Below, piece after piece: positions 35,331 through 46,932 of a stretch of 48,970 nt of DNA. How positions within the stretch are numbered: position 1 is the stretch's first letter; each line of letters opens with the position of its first letter. A model generated the notes under the pieces. It did no database searches and was not told the origin of the DNA. It worked only from the letters and a program-made list of their open reading frames with translations. Position numbers and translations under genes: made by a program. Source of the stretch: Nemertoderma westbladi (lineage: Eukaryota > Animalia > Xenacoelomorpha); the NCBI GenBank assembly GCA_032718475.1, contig JAUCBJ010006786.1, forward strand, positions 1-48,970. Direction: 5' to 3'.

Positions 35331-36533
35331 TCGTCCAATACGGTACACAACCGTGACGTAAACCAGTCGTCCTATACGGTACACAACCTTGGGGGACATC
35401 AGCAGATCGGGGGAGATTCAGAAGTCGAAAATGGAAGAGAATCAATGGTATATGAAGATTATCAATCGCCCAATGTGGTAGACAGTGTCCAATATGGTGA
35501 CGTAAACCAGTCGTCCTATACGGTACACAATCGTGACGTAAACCAGTCGTCCTATACGGTACACAACCTTGGTGGACATCAGCAGATCGGGGGAGATTCA
35601 GAAATCGAAAATGGAAAAGAATCAAGGGGATATGAAGATTATCAATTGCCCAATATGGTAGACAGTGTCCAATATGGTGACGTAAACCATTCGTCCTATA
35701 CGGTACACAACCGTGAAGTAAATCAGTCGTCCAATACGGTACACAACCTTGGGGGACATCAGCAGATCAGGGGAGATTCAGAAGTCGAAAATGGAAGAGA
35801 ATCAATGGTATATGAAGATTATCAATCGCCCAATATGTTAGACAGTGTCCAATATGGTGACGTAAACCAGTCGTCCTATACGGTACACGACCTTGAGGGA
35901 CATCAGCAGATCGGGGGAGATTCAGAAGTCGAAAATGGAAGAGCATTAGATGATTCACATAAACCAGGGGAATTAACTCGTAGCCAAGCTGCGAAAATCT
36001 GGTGTGCCCAAGCAGCGGAAGACGATGGAGATTTAATCGAAGTCGCCGATGTCGCAGCTAGCTGTTTTATTAGCTGTATTTCTAAATTTATACCATTCGC
36101 CCCCTTAGCTCTACTTTGCACGAAATTGTGGCCAATAACCGCCGCCGCGATGGTCCTTTTGCTTACTGCTCTGGTTATTGGTCTGATGGCCTGTCTTGGT
36201 AACTTTACAGCTGGGATACTTATGATCCCCGTATTTATATTCTGTGTCGCGAGTAATATATTGTACCGTTTTATGAGCAACATTGAAAGAAGTGTCTTGG
36301 ACTCTCCTGTGCCAGCAGTGATGCAGACAATACTTGGTTCGTTATGGGCCCATTGCGTCGGAATGTTTATCTTGAGTTCATTGGGTGCGCTATTGGCTAC
36401 GATCTGCTATCAGTGTCCCACGAAGATTAGACCTCGGAAAAGACCGATCTTTCTCTTTTTTATGGGTCTCGGTTTTGGGTTGTTTATTGATTGGGTGTAC
36501 GTCGTTATAAGACTCTCAAATAGATACACTTAA
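35331..36533 (+). CDS. Unknown protein: 60-aa polar/acidic repeats followed by a multi-pass hydrophobic domain (probable 3' half of the split gene)
   Basis: Frame is open from 35331 through the 35445 ATG to TAA at 36533. 180-bp repeats (35401, 35581, 35761) with 36-bp subrepeats; about five hydrophobic segments in the last 170 aa. Confidence 0.65.
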   Translation, partial: SSNTVHNRDVNQSSYTVHNLGGHQQIGGDSEVENGRESMVYEDYQSPNVVDSVQYGDVNQSSYTVHNRDVNQSSYTVHNLGGHQQIGGDSEIENGKESRGYEDYQLPNMVDSVQYGDVNHSSYTVHNREVNQSSNTVHNLGGHQQIRGDSEVENGRESMVYEDYQSPNMLDSVQYGDVNQSSYTVHDLEGHQQIGGDSEVENGRALDDSHKPGELTRSQAAKIWCAQAAEDDGDLIEVADVAASCFISCISKFIPFAPLALLCTKLWPITAAAMVLLLTALVIGLMACLGNFTAGILMIPVFIFCVASNILYRFMSNIERSVLDSPVPAVMQTILGSLWAHCVGMFILSSLGALLATICYQCPTKIRPRKRPIFLFFMGLGFGLFIDWVYVVIRLSNRYT

Positions 36534-37719
36534 ACTCGTAGCCATACGAACCTTCGTGTTTCATTGATCAATTCAATTACAAATCTAAATGGAATTTATT
36601 TATTTATGTTGATTTAACTTCAACTTATTAATCTGACGAGGCAAATTAAATGAGAGTCATAATAAAATAGCGCAAAAAACTATATATTTACAATTATTGA
36701 TTAAATTTGAAATTTATGTTATTGTTAACGCACATTATTTGGGCTTGGTGTATTTTAAGTCAACTGCACTATAGGCCTACGATTTGCCTAAGTTATCAAA
36801 TCCGGAACTAATTCATAAACATCCTGCATTGCACGTAGAAATCCATATATTTCATCCCGGATGTTCTGAAATTAATTACCAAAAGAAAGAAACTACGTTC
36901 ATTATTTTAATGTGGAAATTAGATTATTTTCATTTTATCTAATTATAAATTAATTTCATTATCCCGCTTTAATCCACCACAATAAATTCTTTTAGTTTCA
37001 AAATGTGGGAATCTTTTTCGTTTCTGTATCGGGAAAGGTAGGCCAGATTTTCAGCCACTTATGTCACCCGTAAAGTTGTTGCCACGTGTAAACCGTAAAA
37101 CCGTTCTATGGAAATATTTCTACTTGGCTACGTAACTAATAGTTTTGGCCAAATTTCCCAAATTTGATGACATAAATGGGATATTTTATTTCATTTTGCA
37201 AAACCACACCCTCAGTACATTCCCATTTGTCTTTAACACGTGTACATCTGGCAATGTATCTGCTTAGGCATTCACATTGTTCTAATTCTCGGCTTGAGAC
37301 GCTGGTAGAAAAGTCGTTAATAGTTCCCCAAAAGGAAGATAGATGTTTTATACACAAACGGTAAGTAGTAGTTAGTCCTTGAAGGTGTTGAACGCTTATT
37401 TTCTAACGCAAGTGTATAATGAGTAAAATTACATTTAGACTAGCGCTTATCAGTTTACAGACCACAGTTCATTAATAGTTTATTTAAGAGTCCTTAGGTG
37501 AGATAGTCGAACTTCAGCACGAACGCTTGAGTGTATGATCTGATATGTGCAAATGGAAGATTGTCTACAGCGTAGAATAATGCCTAGGTAGAAATGATAC
37601 GATTTGTTACACTCACAGCATAACAAGGGGATGCGGAAATCACTCTGAAGTTGGGATATCGCTAGCAAACACTACTGGGTGTAGATCACCACAATATAGT
37701 ACTTTTTTCTCTTTATAAG

Positions 37720-39005
37720 AATGTGGGGCGAGCCACGAAGTTGGCGGAGCCTTAGCGAATTGACACTGTTAGGGGGTGGGTCAATTTATGCAAATAGTTG
37801 TCGTCGTCGTCGTCGTCGTCGTTGTCGTCGTCGTCGTTGTCGTCGTCGTCGTTGTCGTCGTCGTTACGATTTTGACATGCTAATAACTTTGTCGGATTTA
37901 AAGCTGCCAAGTTGAAAATTTGTAGGTATCAATATGAGCAAAAGTTGAGATTTTTGAGAGACTTTCAGACACCATCAGTGCAATGGTCTCCCGCTAGAGG
38001 GCCACATGTCTAAACATTAAATGGCCACCCATTTCTTTGCTTTTAATCCGTTTAAGCTGAAACTTGGGAAGTATGTACTAGACCATTAGCTGTAAATTTC
38101 AAAGGAGGCTAATCTGTCTGCAGTTCTCCAGTCTGCCGCTAGAGGGCGAAATGTCCCGAATGTGAAATTATTCTTCCATTTAGTTGTTTATGATCTGATT
38201 ACGCTGAAACTTGTCATATATGTACTAGATGACATCCTGAGTCTTTGTGTGGATTGTAATCGGTCCGAAGTTTTCCAGTCTCCCGCTAGAGGGCCACATG
38301 TCTAAACATTAAATGGCCACCCATTTCTTTGCTTTTAATCCGTTTAAGCTGAAACTTGGGAAGTATGTACTAGACCATTAGCTGTAAATTTCAAAGGAGG
38401 CTAATCTGTCTGCAGTTCTCCAGTCTGCCGCTAGAGGGCGAAATGTCCCGAATGTGAAATTATTCTTCCATTTAGTTGTTTATGATCTGATTACGCTGAA
38501 ACTTGTCATATATGTACTAGAAGACATCCTAAGTCTTTGTGTGGACAGTAATCGGTCCGGAGTTTTCGAGTCTGCCGCTAGAGGGCGAAATGTAGGAAAG
38601 TGATAACCTTTGCGAATTCCTTGATCTTAATCTATTTAAGCTGAATTTTGGAATATACAGTACCGGTATGTACTAGACCACATGCCTCGTCTTTGTGAGG
38701 AAGGTGATCGATCCGTAGTTCTTTAATATGCCGCTAGAGGGCTAAATGTATGAAAGTGAAAACCTTCCAACATTTCGTTATTTATGATCCGTCAATCGGA
38801 AACTTGGTAGATATGTAATAGACCATAGGATGTGGCTTTGTAGGGAAACTAATCCTTCCTTCTTCAGTTACCCAGTCTCCCGCTAGAGGGTTAACGTTTT
38901 CCGGGAAAATCTTCTCCTATGTTTTTATAATCCTTTCGAGTTGATACTTAGCATTAACTCATTTCACGTGCTGCGCGAAGGCCCCACTTCGTGTAAATTA
39001 GTAGT
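37720..39005 (+). mobile_element. Helentron/DINE-1-like non-autonomous element with (GTC)n microsatellite and ~146-bp core repeats
   Basis: Subterminal inverted motif GTGGGGC (37723) / GCCCCAC (38981); (GTC/GTT)n at 37797-37866; seven CCGCTAGAGGG-anchored units; T-rich flanks. Confidence 0.6.
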
Positions 39006-39564
39006 ATAGTAGTTTTTATTTTTAAGCCTAGAAGGTTAAGGTACATTTGATACGGTTAATATCGATACGGGGAATCCAAATATTCTATTGGTTTTGCTGC
39101 GCAAACAATATTAAAAAAATGAGGGCCAATATTAAAATTTCGCGATTCAAACTCGCTGCGCGGGAACTCGTCTAGCTCGAAAACTACTTAACTTACGGGA
39201 GATTTGTTTACACAGACTTATAGTGCGTTAAATTATCTATCTAACAGAGTTAATTACAGCGCCGAAGCTATTATACAACTGGAGCGGCAGACGATCGTGT
39301 GAAATATAATATTTATAAAAAAGGGACGAAAAATTTTTTTTTTTAATAATTCGCAACTCTATTATAATTTAGCTTTTTGCGCCAAAACTACCTGTAAAAT
39401 GTAGCAAATTAACTCCGCTATCTTTTTTCTTAACATTTATAATTAAAATTACGAATTTTAAGGGTCGAAAAATATCGCGTCATTTTGGCCCTTTAATTTA
39501 ATTTTTTTTGGGGCAAAAATGACCTCCACTCAAAATATAGAAAAAAAAATTAAGAATTAATAAA

Positions 39565-39638
39565 TGGTCAATATTGGATTTCGAACCCACGAACTTAGGT
39601 TTCATTAACGTGATTGATAACCACTAGACTACGTGACC
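39565..39638 (-). pseudogene. Degenerate tRNA-like sequence (pseudogene or SINE head)
   Basis: Minus strand GGTCA...TAGTCTAGTGG (A box)...GGTTCGAAATCC (B box)...TGACCA; anticodon arm does not pair well. Confidence 0.55.
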
Positions 39639-41440
39639 AAGATAGTTTAAAATTTTCGAGTGACTATTTTTAAACATCAATAACTTCAAAAACTTATCAT
39701 CACTAACAAAAACTTATGTGCACTTACTGCAAAATGCACTTTAAAAGTGCAGATCTTTTCTATATTTCAAACACTATTATTTCCAGTTCTATTCATCGTA
39801 GAATGTTATTTTTTGGATTAAAATTTAGTTTGGAGTGATTTCTAACTATAATCGTAACATTTGTTTACCTTTTTATGTCAATAAAGTGACTTAAAAAGTC
39901 CATGAATATGGTCCAAAATCGCAAATGTCGAGATTTATTAAATTGGATTTTTGACACTTTTAGCGACTGACACTTGATCATACACCATCGTGGATCGGTA
40001 GAGGATAAACATAAGTTTGTTAAATAAGAACCACCATTACGATCTGATAAACTGCACTTGTACAAATAAGTGTGCAAAAGTGCAAATTTTTTAATAAGGT
40101 CAAATTATATAGTATTGAGTTCTTTTCTTTGCAGATACTTTATTTTCATATTAATAGGCCTATGTTGTTTGGACCTTACTGAGCGCATTAGGGGATATGT
40201 GTACAAATAACCGGTCCTAATAAGGGTTCGATTGGTTAAATTAATAAATCATAAGATTGTAATATTCTAAAAAACCAGTGTGATATTAAATGCACTTTAA
40301 ACAATAAATAGAGATCAAATAACAAATGGACCACACAATTAAAAATTCGCACAATTTTGTACTTATTATATCGCTTCAAATTAATTCAACAGTGGATATT
40401 TGGGGGAAGGGGGAAGTTACAGTGTGCATTCGGGGGAAGTTTGGTGAACTGCATTTATGCAGTGAATCCAAACTTCCCCCTTTGAGATATCATATATGTA
40501 CTTAAGACATGCTAGGGTGTCGGGGAAATATTTGTTACTGTCACACTTTGCTTCCATTTATCCTATCCTTTATTATTACCCCAATCAGATAAGAGACAAT
40601 AATCAGTAAAAACAAAACTAAACTGTTTTTCATGCAAACAATTTTATAACTAAAGACGGGTGAAAGACCATGATCATGGAAATAATTTTAAATATAATTG
40701 TATATCAACTATGTGGGGAGGCTTCCAAGTTAAACCCGAAAACAATTATTTTGTTACATATATAGTAAATAACGTTGTATGTTCTTCTTCCTCTCATAAT
40801 ATAATATATATGAAATATCTCTGATCGCTGTGCCCTGTAACATTTCACAACCAAAATGTTTCAGTGTGAAAAGTGTAGGCCTACCACACCCCGCCCAAAC
40901 AGCCGCAAACGCATAGCCAACAAATTTAACAAAAGGTTACATACATGTTGGGTTCATGACGAGATGAGTGAAATTGATCGCATAATATAAACTAAAAAAT
41001 TGAGAGTCGGGCTGGCTCTCCTCCACTTTCTTACCCAATGGAAATGTTGTTGTTATAATCTAATATTGGGGCGGCTTTCTCTCGGTAATTGTTTAGAATT
41101 TAAAGAAAGCCTAGGCTTTGTACAAAAAAGCCTTATTCCACACAAAGCCGCTGACATTATTATATAAATATAATAATAGGTAATGGGAGTTGGTTATTGA
41201 TTTAACAACACTGAGAACAATCATAGTACAGGCAGACAGTGCATTGGCTATAGGCCGGCACTATATATAATATACACAATATATATAAATTAGGTATCGT
41301 AAGTCATCATTCTCTTAAATTAGTATCGCAAATTAAATGAAACATATAATAATCTTACTATATATTTTTCCAACGTCTATTTAATGCCATTACATCGAAT
41401 TCATATCGAATTAGTTACAAACAAATACTCCTTTCTGTGA

Positions 41441-41480
41441 TTATAAATAAAGCTGTTTACGTTATAAATAAGCTGGTAAC
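41441..41480 (+). promoter_or_regulatory. Duplicated TATA element upstream of tRNA-Sec
   Basis: TTATAAATAAAGCTG and TTATAAATAAGCTG; the second lies at about -32. Animal tRNA-Sec genes use an upstream TATA. Confidence 0.65.
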
Positions 41481-41494
41481 GCAGATGTAGTAGT

Positions 41495-41581
41495 GCCCGG
41501 GTGAACCTCGGTGGTCTGGGGTGCAGGCTTCAAACCTGTAGCTGCTTAACGGCAGAGTGGTTCAATTCCACCTCACGGGCG
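41495..41581 (+). tRNA. tRNA-Sec (anticodon UCA)
   Basis: GCCCGGGTGAACCTCGGTGGTCTGGGGTGCAGGCTTCAAACCTGTAGCTGCTTAACGGCAGAGTGGTTCAATTCCACCTCACGGGCG: 87 nt, anticodon TCA at 41530-41532, long variable arm, 9/4 fold; closely resembles vertebrate tRNA-Sec. Confidence 0.96.
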
Positions 41582-42599
41582 TTTACAGTGTGACCATTGT
41601 TGTTTGGAGTTGATTAGAAGAACTCTATATTTTTGAATTATGTTTATATAGTCTTTAATTAAACCTAAACCTACTTTTGCTAATACTATTAATGTCTCTG
41701 CCGTAGGGATATTTCTCACGGGAATGCTGCTTGGCTTCCGTATTTACGTTCTTCGCCCGCGTCAAGGAGCAGGTTACAGAGGCGGTTTTTTCTAACCAAA
41801 ACAATAAACGATGTTGTTAACATGCATTTTGAGGGCGAAGATTGGACGCGGGCGAAGTTTGCTGCGTACCATCCGAACCATTAATACCAGTGGTATGTTG
41901 CACAAACGAACAGTGAGAGAGAGATAGTGCAAATAAATGAGACAGGAGCGAGGGTGGTTTATTGCCGGAAATCGCCACATCGCCAGGGCGACATATTTCC
42001 CAACTTTATACAAGTCCCAGAATATAGTGTCATACATAAAATTCAAGGACACGACCAACCCCCCCCCCCCCCCCCCCCCCCCCTCAAGTATTCTACAAAT
42101 GAGATTGCATGAAATTTGAAACATAGATAGTTTCACCTCCCTCCTCCTCCGTGGGTGAGCCAGAATTTTGATTTTTGCTTTCAATCTTTAGCTACAAGTA
42201 TTTGAAAAAGTTGTCTCCGGCGATATTTCACAGGTCACAGTGCAATCATTCTTCAACCTTATAGTGATTCATGGAAGTAGAAGCTTGAAAAACAATAATT
42301 AAAATCACGTACGTATCCACGTAATCAAGCACGTTAAGTAAAAAACCTTACCGGTAGGTGTGTGAGTACCAAAGTATGTAAAAAACTAAAAAGCAACAGG
42401 ACCTAGACGTTGCATGCAATCAGTGATCAGCTGACAGCAGCCAGCTGATCGGTAGGTTTCGCCCCGCAGCTGAAGGCATTCTCTGGAGGCCAAGGCAGGA
42501 AATGTAGAGAGAAATTCACAAAGGGAGACAGAACGAGTATTGAAATGAAGAGAGAGGTCTGTAGGTAACTAGCCACTGGGAAGCAGCACCACAAACTTA

Positions 42600-43207
42600 C
42601 GCCAATCAAGTTTCTGGCTTGCGTGTTTTAATGTAATACATTTCAAACTTTTGCAAGACTGGCCGCAATGGGTGTCTAGCAATTACTTTGAAATGTTTAA
42701 ACAATTCACGCATCACGCCAGTCATTCAGCCAACGTGTATTGGGCTCGCCGCGGTGAGTCATGATGTGGTTGTGCACAGTCTTACCCTGTTCGCTCCCAT
42801 CCTTGGCTGTCCCATCCTGGTGCTGTCTAACGCGTTCAAACAAGTGTTGGATGTTGTGTCCAACATATTCCCCCTTACAAGAGGGATAAGGGAAATAGTA
42901 AACGACATTAGACGCAAGGATATCCGGGAAGGGATGTTTTAGAGATGGGAGTGACTGGCGCAGTTTAGTTGTAGTGAAAACGAACCAAACTGGCCGTCGC
43001 CTCAAGTCCACGCAACTTTCGAACAAACAGATCGGTGGCCCGACCTAGGTACTCAAACTTACAGATAATGGGCTTTGAGTCATCAGCACCTGCCTGCTCC
43101 ACCGGGTCACTGACCTCGGTGGGGACAACTGTTGGTGCCTCGCCCCCAGAACCACTACTTGCACGCTCCCTAGTGGCTTGAACTACGGCAAGCTCGCGTT
43201 CGACCAC
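42600..43207 (-). mobile_element. Penelope-like retroelement fragment (GIY-YIG endonuclease), decayed
   Basis: KFEYLG...KLR then SNVVYYFPYPSCKGEYVGHNIQHLFERVRQH; frameshifts and stops. Confidence 0.75.
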
Positions 43208-43715
43208 AGCATCTTATCAGTCAGTATATTGATTATTGCTGAGAATATTCTTAGCATCACCAATAGCGGTATAGAGTTGGGAACCATAAACCACCCTTAC
43301 GGGCGCTAAAGATGCGATGGAATATATACAGTACATATATATATAGTGCGACATTATTTCTCATTATGTACCTATGCCATACGAGTATGTCACCGCGTCA
43401 ATATAATTATAATCACATGGCGTCATTTGAATACACACTATAACTAATTCACAATTGAAATTAATTACCATAAAAAATGGAATGGGTGAGAAACCCAACG
43501 CGTTATCCACTACTTTTACGGCCCTCCTTTTATTATTTTGTTTTAGTTATTAAACAACATCACTTGTAACGCTCTTTTAATAAGGAAAATTACAAAAAAA
43601 GTTAAACCGAGTACATTGATGTAATTAGTAGAAGTAGACAATATCTAAATTGATATTATATATAAATGACTGGACATGTTAGCTGCTATTTATTTTGAAA
43701 CAATTGTAATTTTCT

Positions 43716-45460
43716 TGAGCAACACGTTTCTGTGTGTCCCTCACACAGTCCAGCAACAAGTTGCAGCAACAAGTTTCTGTGTGTGAGGGAGTCCTGCAAC
43801 AAGTTGCAGCAACAAGTTTCTGTGTGTGAGGGAGTCAAGCAACAAGTTGCAGCAACAAGTTTCTGTGTGTGAGGGAGTCCAGCAACAAGTTACAGCAACA
43901 CGTTTCTGTGTGTGAGAGGGTACAGCAACAAGTTTCAGAAAAGATTTGCAGCAACAGGTTTCTCTGTGTGAGGGGGTCCGGCAACAAGTTGCAGAAACAA
44001 GTTGCAGCAACAAGTTTCTGTGTGTGAGGGGGTCCAGCAACAAGTTGCAGAAACAAGATGCAGCAACAAGTTGATGTGTGTGAGGGTGTCCAACAACAAG
44101 TTTCTGTGAGTGATAGGGTCCAGCAACAAGTTTCAGAAAGAAGTTGCAGCAACAAGTTTCTCTATGTGAGGGGGTCCAGCAACAATTTGCAGAAACAAGT
44201 TGCAGCAACAAGTTTATGTGTGTGAGGGGGGTCCAGCAACAAGTTGCAGCAACAAGTTGCAGCAACAAGTTTCTCTGTGTGAGGGGGTCCAGCAACAAGT
44301 TGCAGCAACATGTTTATGTGTGCGGGGGGGTCCAGCAACAAGTTGCAGCAACAAGTTTCTCTGTGTGAGGGGGTCCAGCAACAAGTTGCAGCAACAAGTT
44401 TATGTGTGTGAGGAGGTCCAGCAACAAGTTTCTCTGTGTGAGGGGGTCCAGCAACAAGTTGCAGAAACAAGTTGCAGCCACAAGTTTATGTGTGTGAGGG
44501 GGTCCAGCAACAAGTTTCTGTGAATGAGAGGGTCCAGCAGCAAGTTTCAGAAACAAGTTGCAGCAACAAGTTTCTCTGTGTGAGGGGGTCCAGCAACAAG
44601 TTGCAGAAACAAGTTGCAGCAACAAGTTTATGTGTGTGAGGGGGTCCAGCAACAAGTTGCAGCAACAAGTTTATGTGTGTGAGGGGGTCTACCAACAAAT
44701 TTCAAAAACAAGTTGCAGCAACAAGTTTATGTGTGAGAGGGGGTCCAGCAACAAGTTTCTGTGAGTGAGAGGGTCCAGCAACAAGTTTCAGAAACAAGTT
44801 GCAGCAACAAGTTTATGTGTGTGAGGGGGTCCAGCAACAAGTTGCAGAAACAAATTGCAGCAACAAGTTTATGTGTGTGAGGGGGTCCAGCAACAAGTTT
44901 CAGAAACAAGTTGCAGCAACAAGTTTATGTGTGTGAGGGGGTCCAGCAACAAGTTTCAGAAACAAGTTGCAGCAACAAGTTTATGTGTGTGAGGGGGTCC
45001 AGCAACAAGTTGCAGAAACAAGTTGCAGCAACAAGTTTATGTATGTGAGGGACCAACAAATTTCAGAAACAAGTTGCAGCAACAAGTTTATGTGTGTCAG
45101 GGGGTCCAGCAACACGTTTCAGAAACAAGTTGCAGCAACAAGTTTATGTGTGTGAGGGGGTCCAGCAACAAGTTGCAGCAACAAGTTTATGTGTGTGAGG
45201 GGGTCCAGCAACAAGTTGCAGCAACAAGTTTATGTGTGTGAGGGGGTCCAGCAACAAGTTGCAGCAACAATTTTATGTGTGTGAGGGACCAACAAATTTC
45301 AGAAACAAGTTGCAGCAACAAGTTTATGTGTGTGAGGGGGTCCAGCAACAAGTTCCAGAAACAAGTTGCAGCAACAAGTTTCTCTGTGTGAGGGGGTCCA
45401 GCAACATTTGCAACAAGTTGCAGAAACAAGTTGCTCCGACGCTCCGTGTGAAGGGGGCCT
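43716..45460. repeat. Composite minisatellite (GCAGCAACAAGTT and TGTGTGTGAGGGGGTCCA modules), possibly inside a Harbinger-like MITE remnant
   Basis: Modular repeats; the ends GAGCAACACGTTTCTG / CAGAAACAAGTTGCTC are inverted; right end CGTGTGAAGGGGGCCT. Confidence 0.85.
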
Positions 45461-45829
45461 ACTTTAAGAATCCATATAGAAACTCAGTAAGTAGGTTAAC
45501 TGGGACACAACTGGGGCAAAATATATATTGAGATACAATTACATGCGGAGGAGTGCATGCACCTGCATTCTCCGAAACAATGCCTGCTCACAATTACTTA
45601 GCAGCGGAAAGAATAGGAAAGCAACCACCGACCCAGATATTGCTCGAGATAACTGTTTACTGTAATTATTCCAGAACGCAGATAAATTTAATGAGTCTAT
45701 TTTATTGGTTCCACACATTGGAAGAATTTGCACTTTAGTAGATGGGGGAGGAAATACCGTATTAATATTATCATTATAAGGGGCCTAAATAAACACTAAA
45801 ACCGGTAGAAATTTAACTATAAGTCCGTA

Positions 45830-46819
45830 TTAATTCCCAGACTTATCGTCTGGGTTGGTGTCTGGTCTATTAGCCGCGCCCCCCAGCGTCTGGGACCGCA
45901 ACTGCGATATAAGTTCCGGATTGCTGCGTTCCATCTGTTCCGCGAATATTCTCCCGGCCTCCATCAACCCCGCGGCGTCCCCCGGGCCCCCTCCTCCCGC
46001 CCCCTCGCCCCCCATGGAACCCATCATATTAGCGAACATCTGTTGCATATTGGGGTCGGACATCATCCGACCCGCCATCTGCACCAACGCTGGGTTGTTG
46101 AGAAGGTCACCGAGGGGGGGCAACCCGGGGGGCAGACCCCCTCCGCCCCCCGCCGAACTCATCTCGCTAACCTTCTGCTCGGATATCGTTAGATTGTTCC
46201 GGTACGTCTCATTGTCCGGGTCCAGCTCCAACGCCTTCCGGTACAGATCGGCCGCCATCCCGTGCTGCTCCAGGGCCGAGTACGCTATCCCCATTCTCCC
46301 GTAAGCCTTGGAGTAACTCGGATCGATACTCAACGCCCGTTCGCAGTCGCTAACAGCCTCGTTGTGTCGATTCAACTTGCTGTAGGCGGCCGCTCTGTTC
46401 GAGTAATAAACATGGTTGTATGGGTCGAGTTTAATAGCCTCTGAGTATTTCTCTAACGCTAGTTCGTGGTCGTTCACTTTCATTGCCGCATTTCCCTGCA
46501 CCTTCAACGCCTCGGCGTTCTCTTTATCAGCCTCTGTAACCTCTTTCCTAGGCAGTTCCTCTTCTATATGTCCGCAAACCGACTCGAATACTTCCTGTAA
46601 CGAGGGTTCTACGTTGAGCTTCTCACGGTTCTCCGTTGTTAGATTATAAACATTCTTCAAACAATCGATAGCAACTTCCACACTCTCAGTCTCCTCATCG
46701 TTAAGTAGTTTGCAGTTGATTTCTTCCGAGAGGAATTTAACAATAGAAGAAGCGAGTCTTTGTTTGTTAACAAAGGCGATGTCGTCTTTATTCTGCGGCG
46801 ATGTCATTATTCGCTGCAT
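45830..46819 (-). CDS. SGTA: Small glutamine-rich TPR co-chaperone (SGTA/Sgt2), single coding exon
   Basis: N-terminal dimerisation motif KQRLASSIVKFL...ESVEVAIDCL; three TPRs (AEALKVQGNAAMK, VYYSNRAAAY, SKAYGRMG); C-terminal LLNNP...MMSDPNMQQMF; intact 329 aa. Confidence 0.93.
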   Translation of the reverse strand: MQRIMTSPQNKDDIAFVNKQRLASSIVKFLSEEINCKLLNDEETESVEVAIDCLKNVYNLTTENREKLNVEPSLQEVFESVCGHIEEELPRKEVTEADKENAEALKVQGNAAMKVNDHELALEKYSEAIKLDPYNHVYYSNRAAAYSKLNRHNEAVSDCERALSIDPSYSKAYGRMGIAYSALEQHGMAADLYRKALELDPDNETYRNNLTISEQKVSEMSSAGGGGGLPPGLPPLGDLLNNPALVQMAGRMMSDPNMQQMFANMMGSMGGEGAGGGGPGDAAGLMEAGRIFAEQMERSNPELISQLRSQTLGGAANRPDTNPDDKSGN

Positions 46820-46932
46820 TAATCGTTACTATCAGTTCGAGTTCATCAATATAATAATATCATAAATTGTCGCAAACAGCCTATTTAAGTATTTTGTTAA
46901 CCATAACCACGTACCGGTACCTGGACTTACCG

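Noticed and set aside
37721-37915. Protamine-like Arg/Cys ORF
   Set aside because: Produced by the (GTC)n microsatellite of the repeat element.
43741-45531. Cys/Gln-rich ORFs
   Set aside because: Translations of the minisatellite in many frames on both strands.
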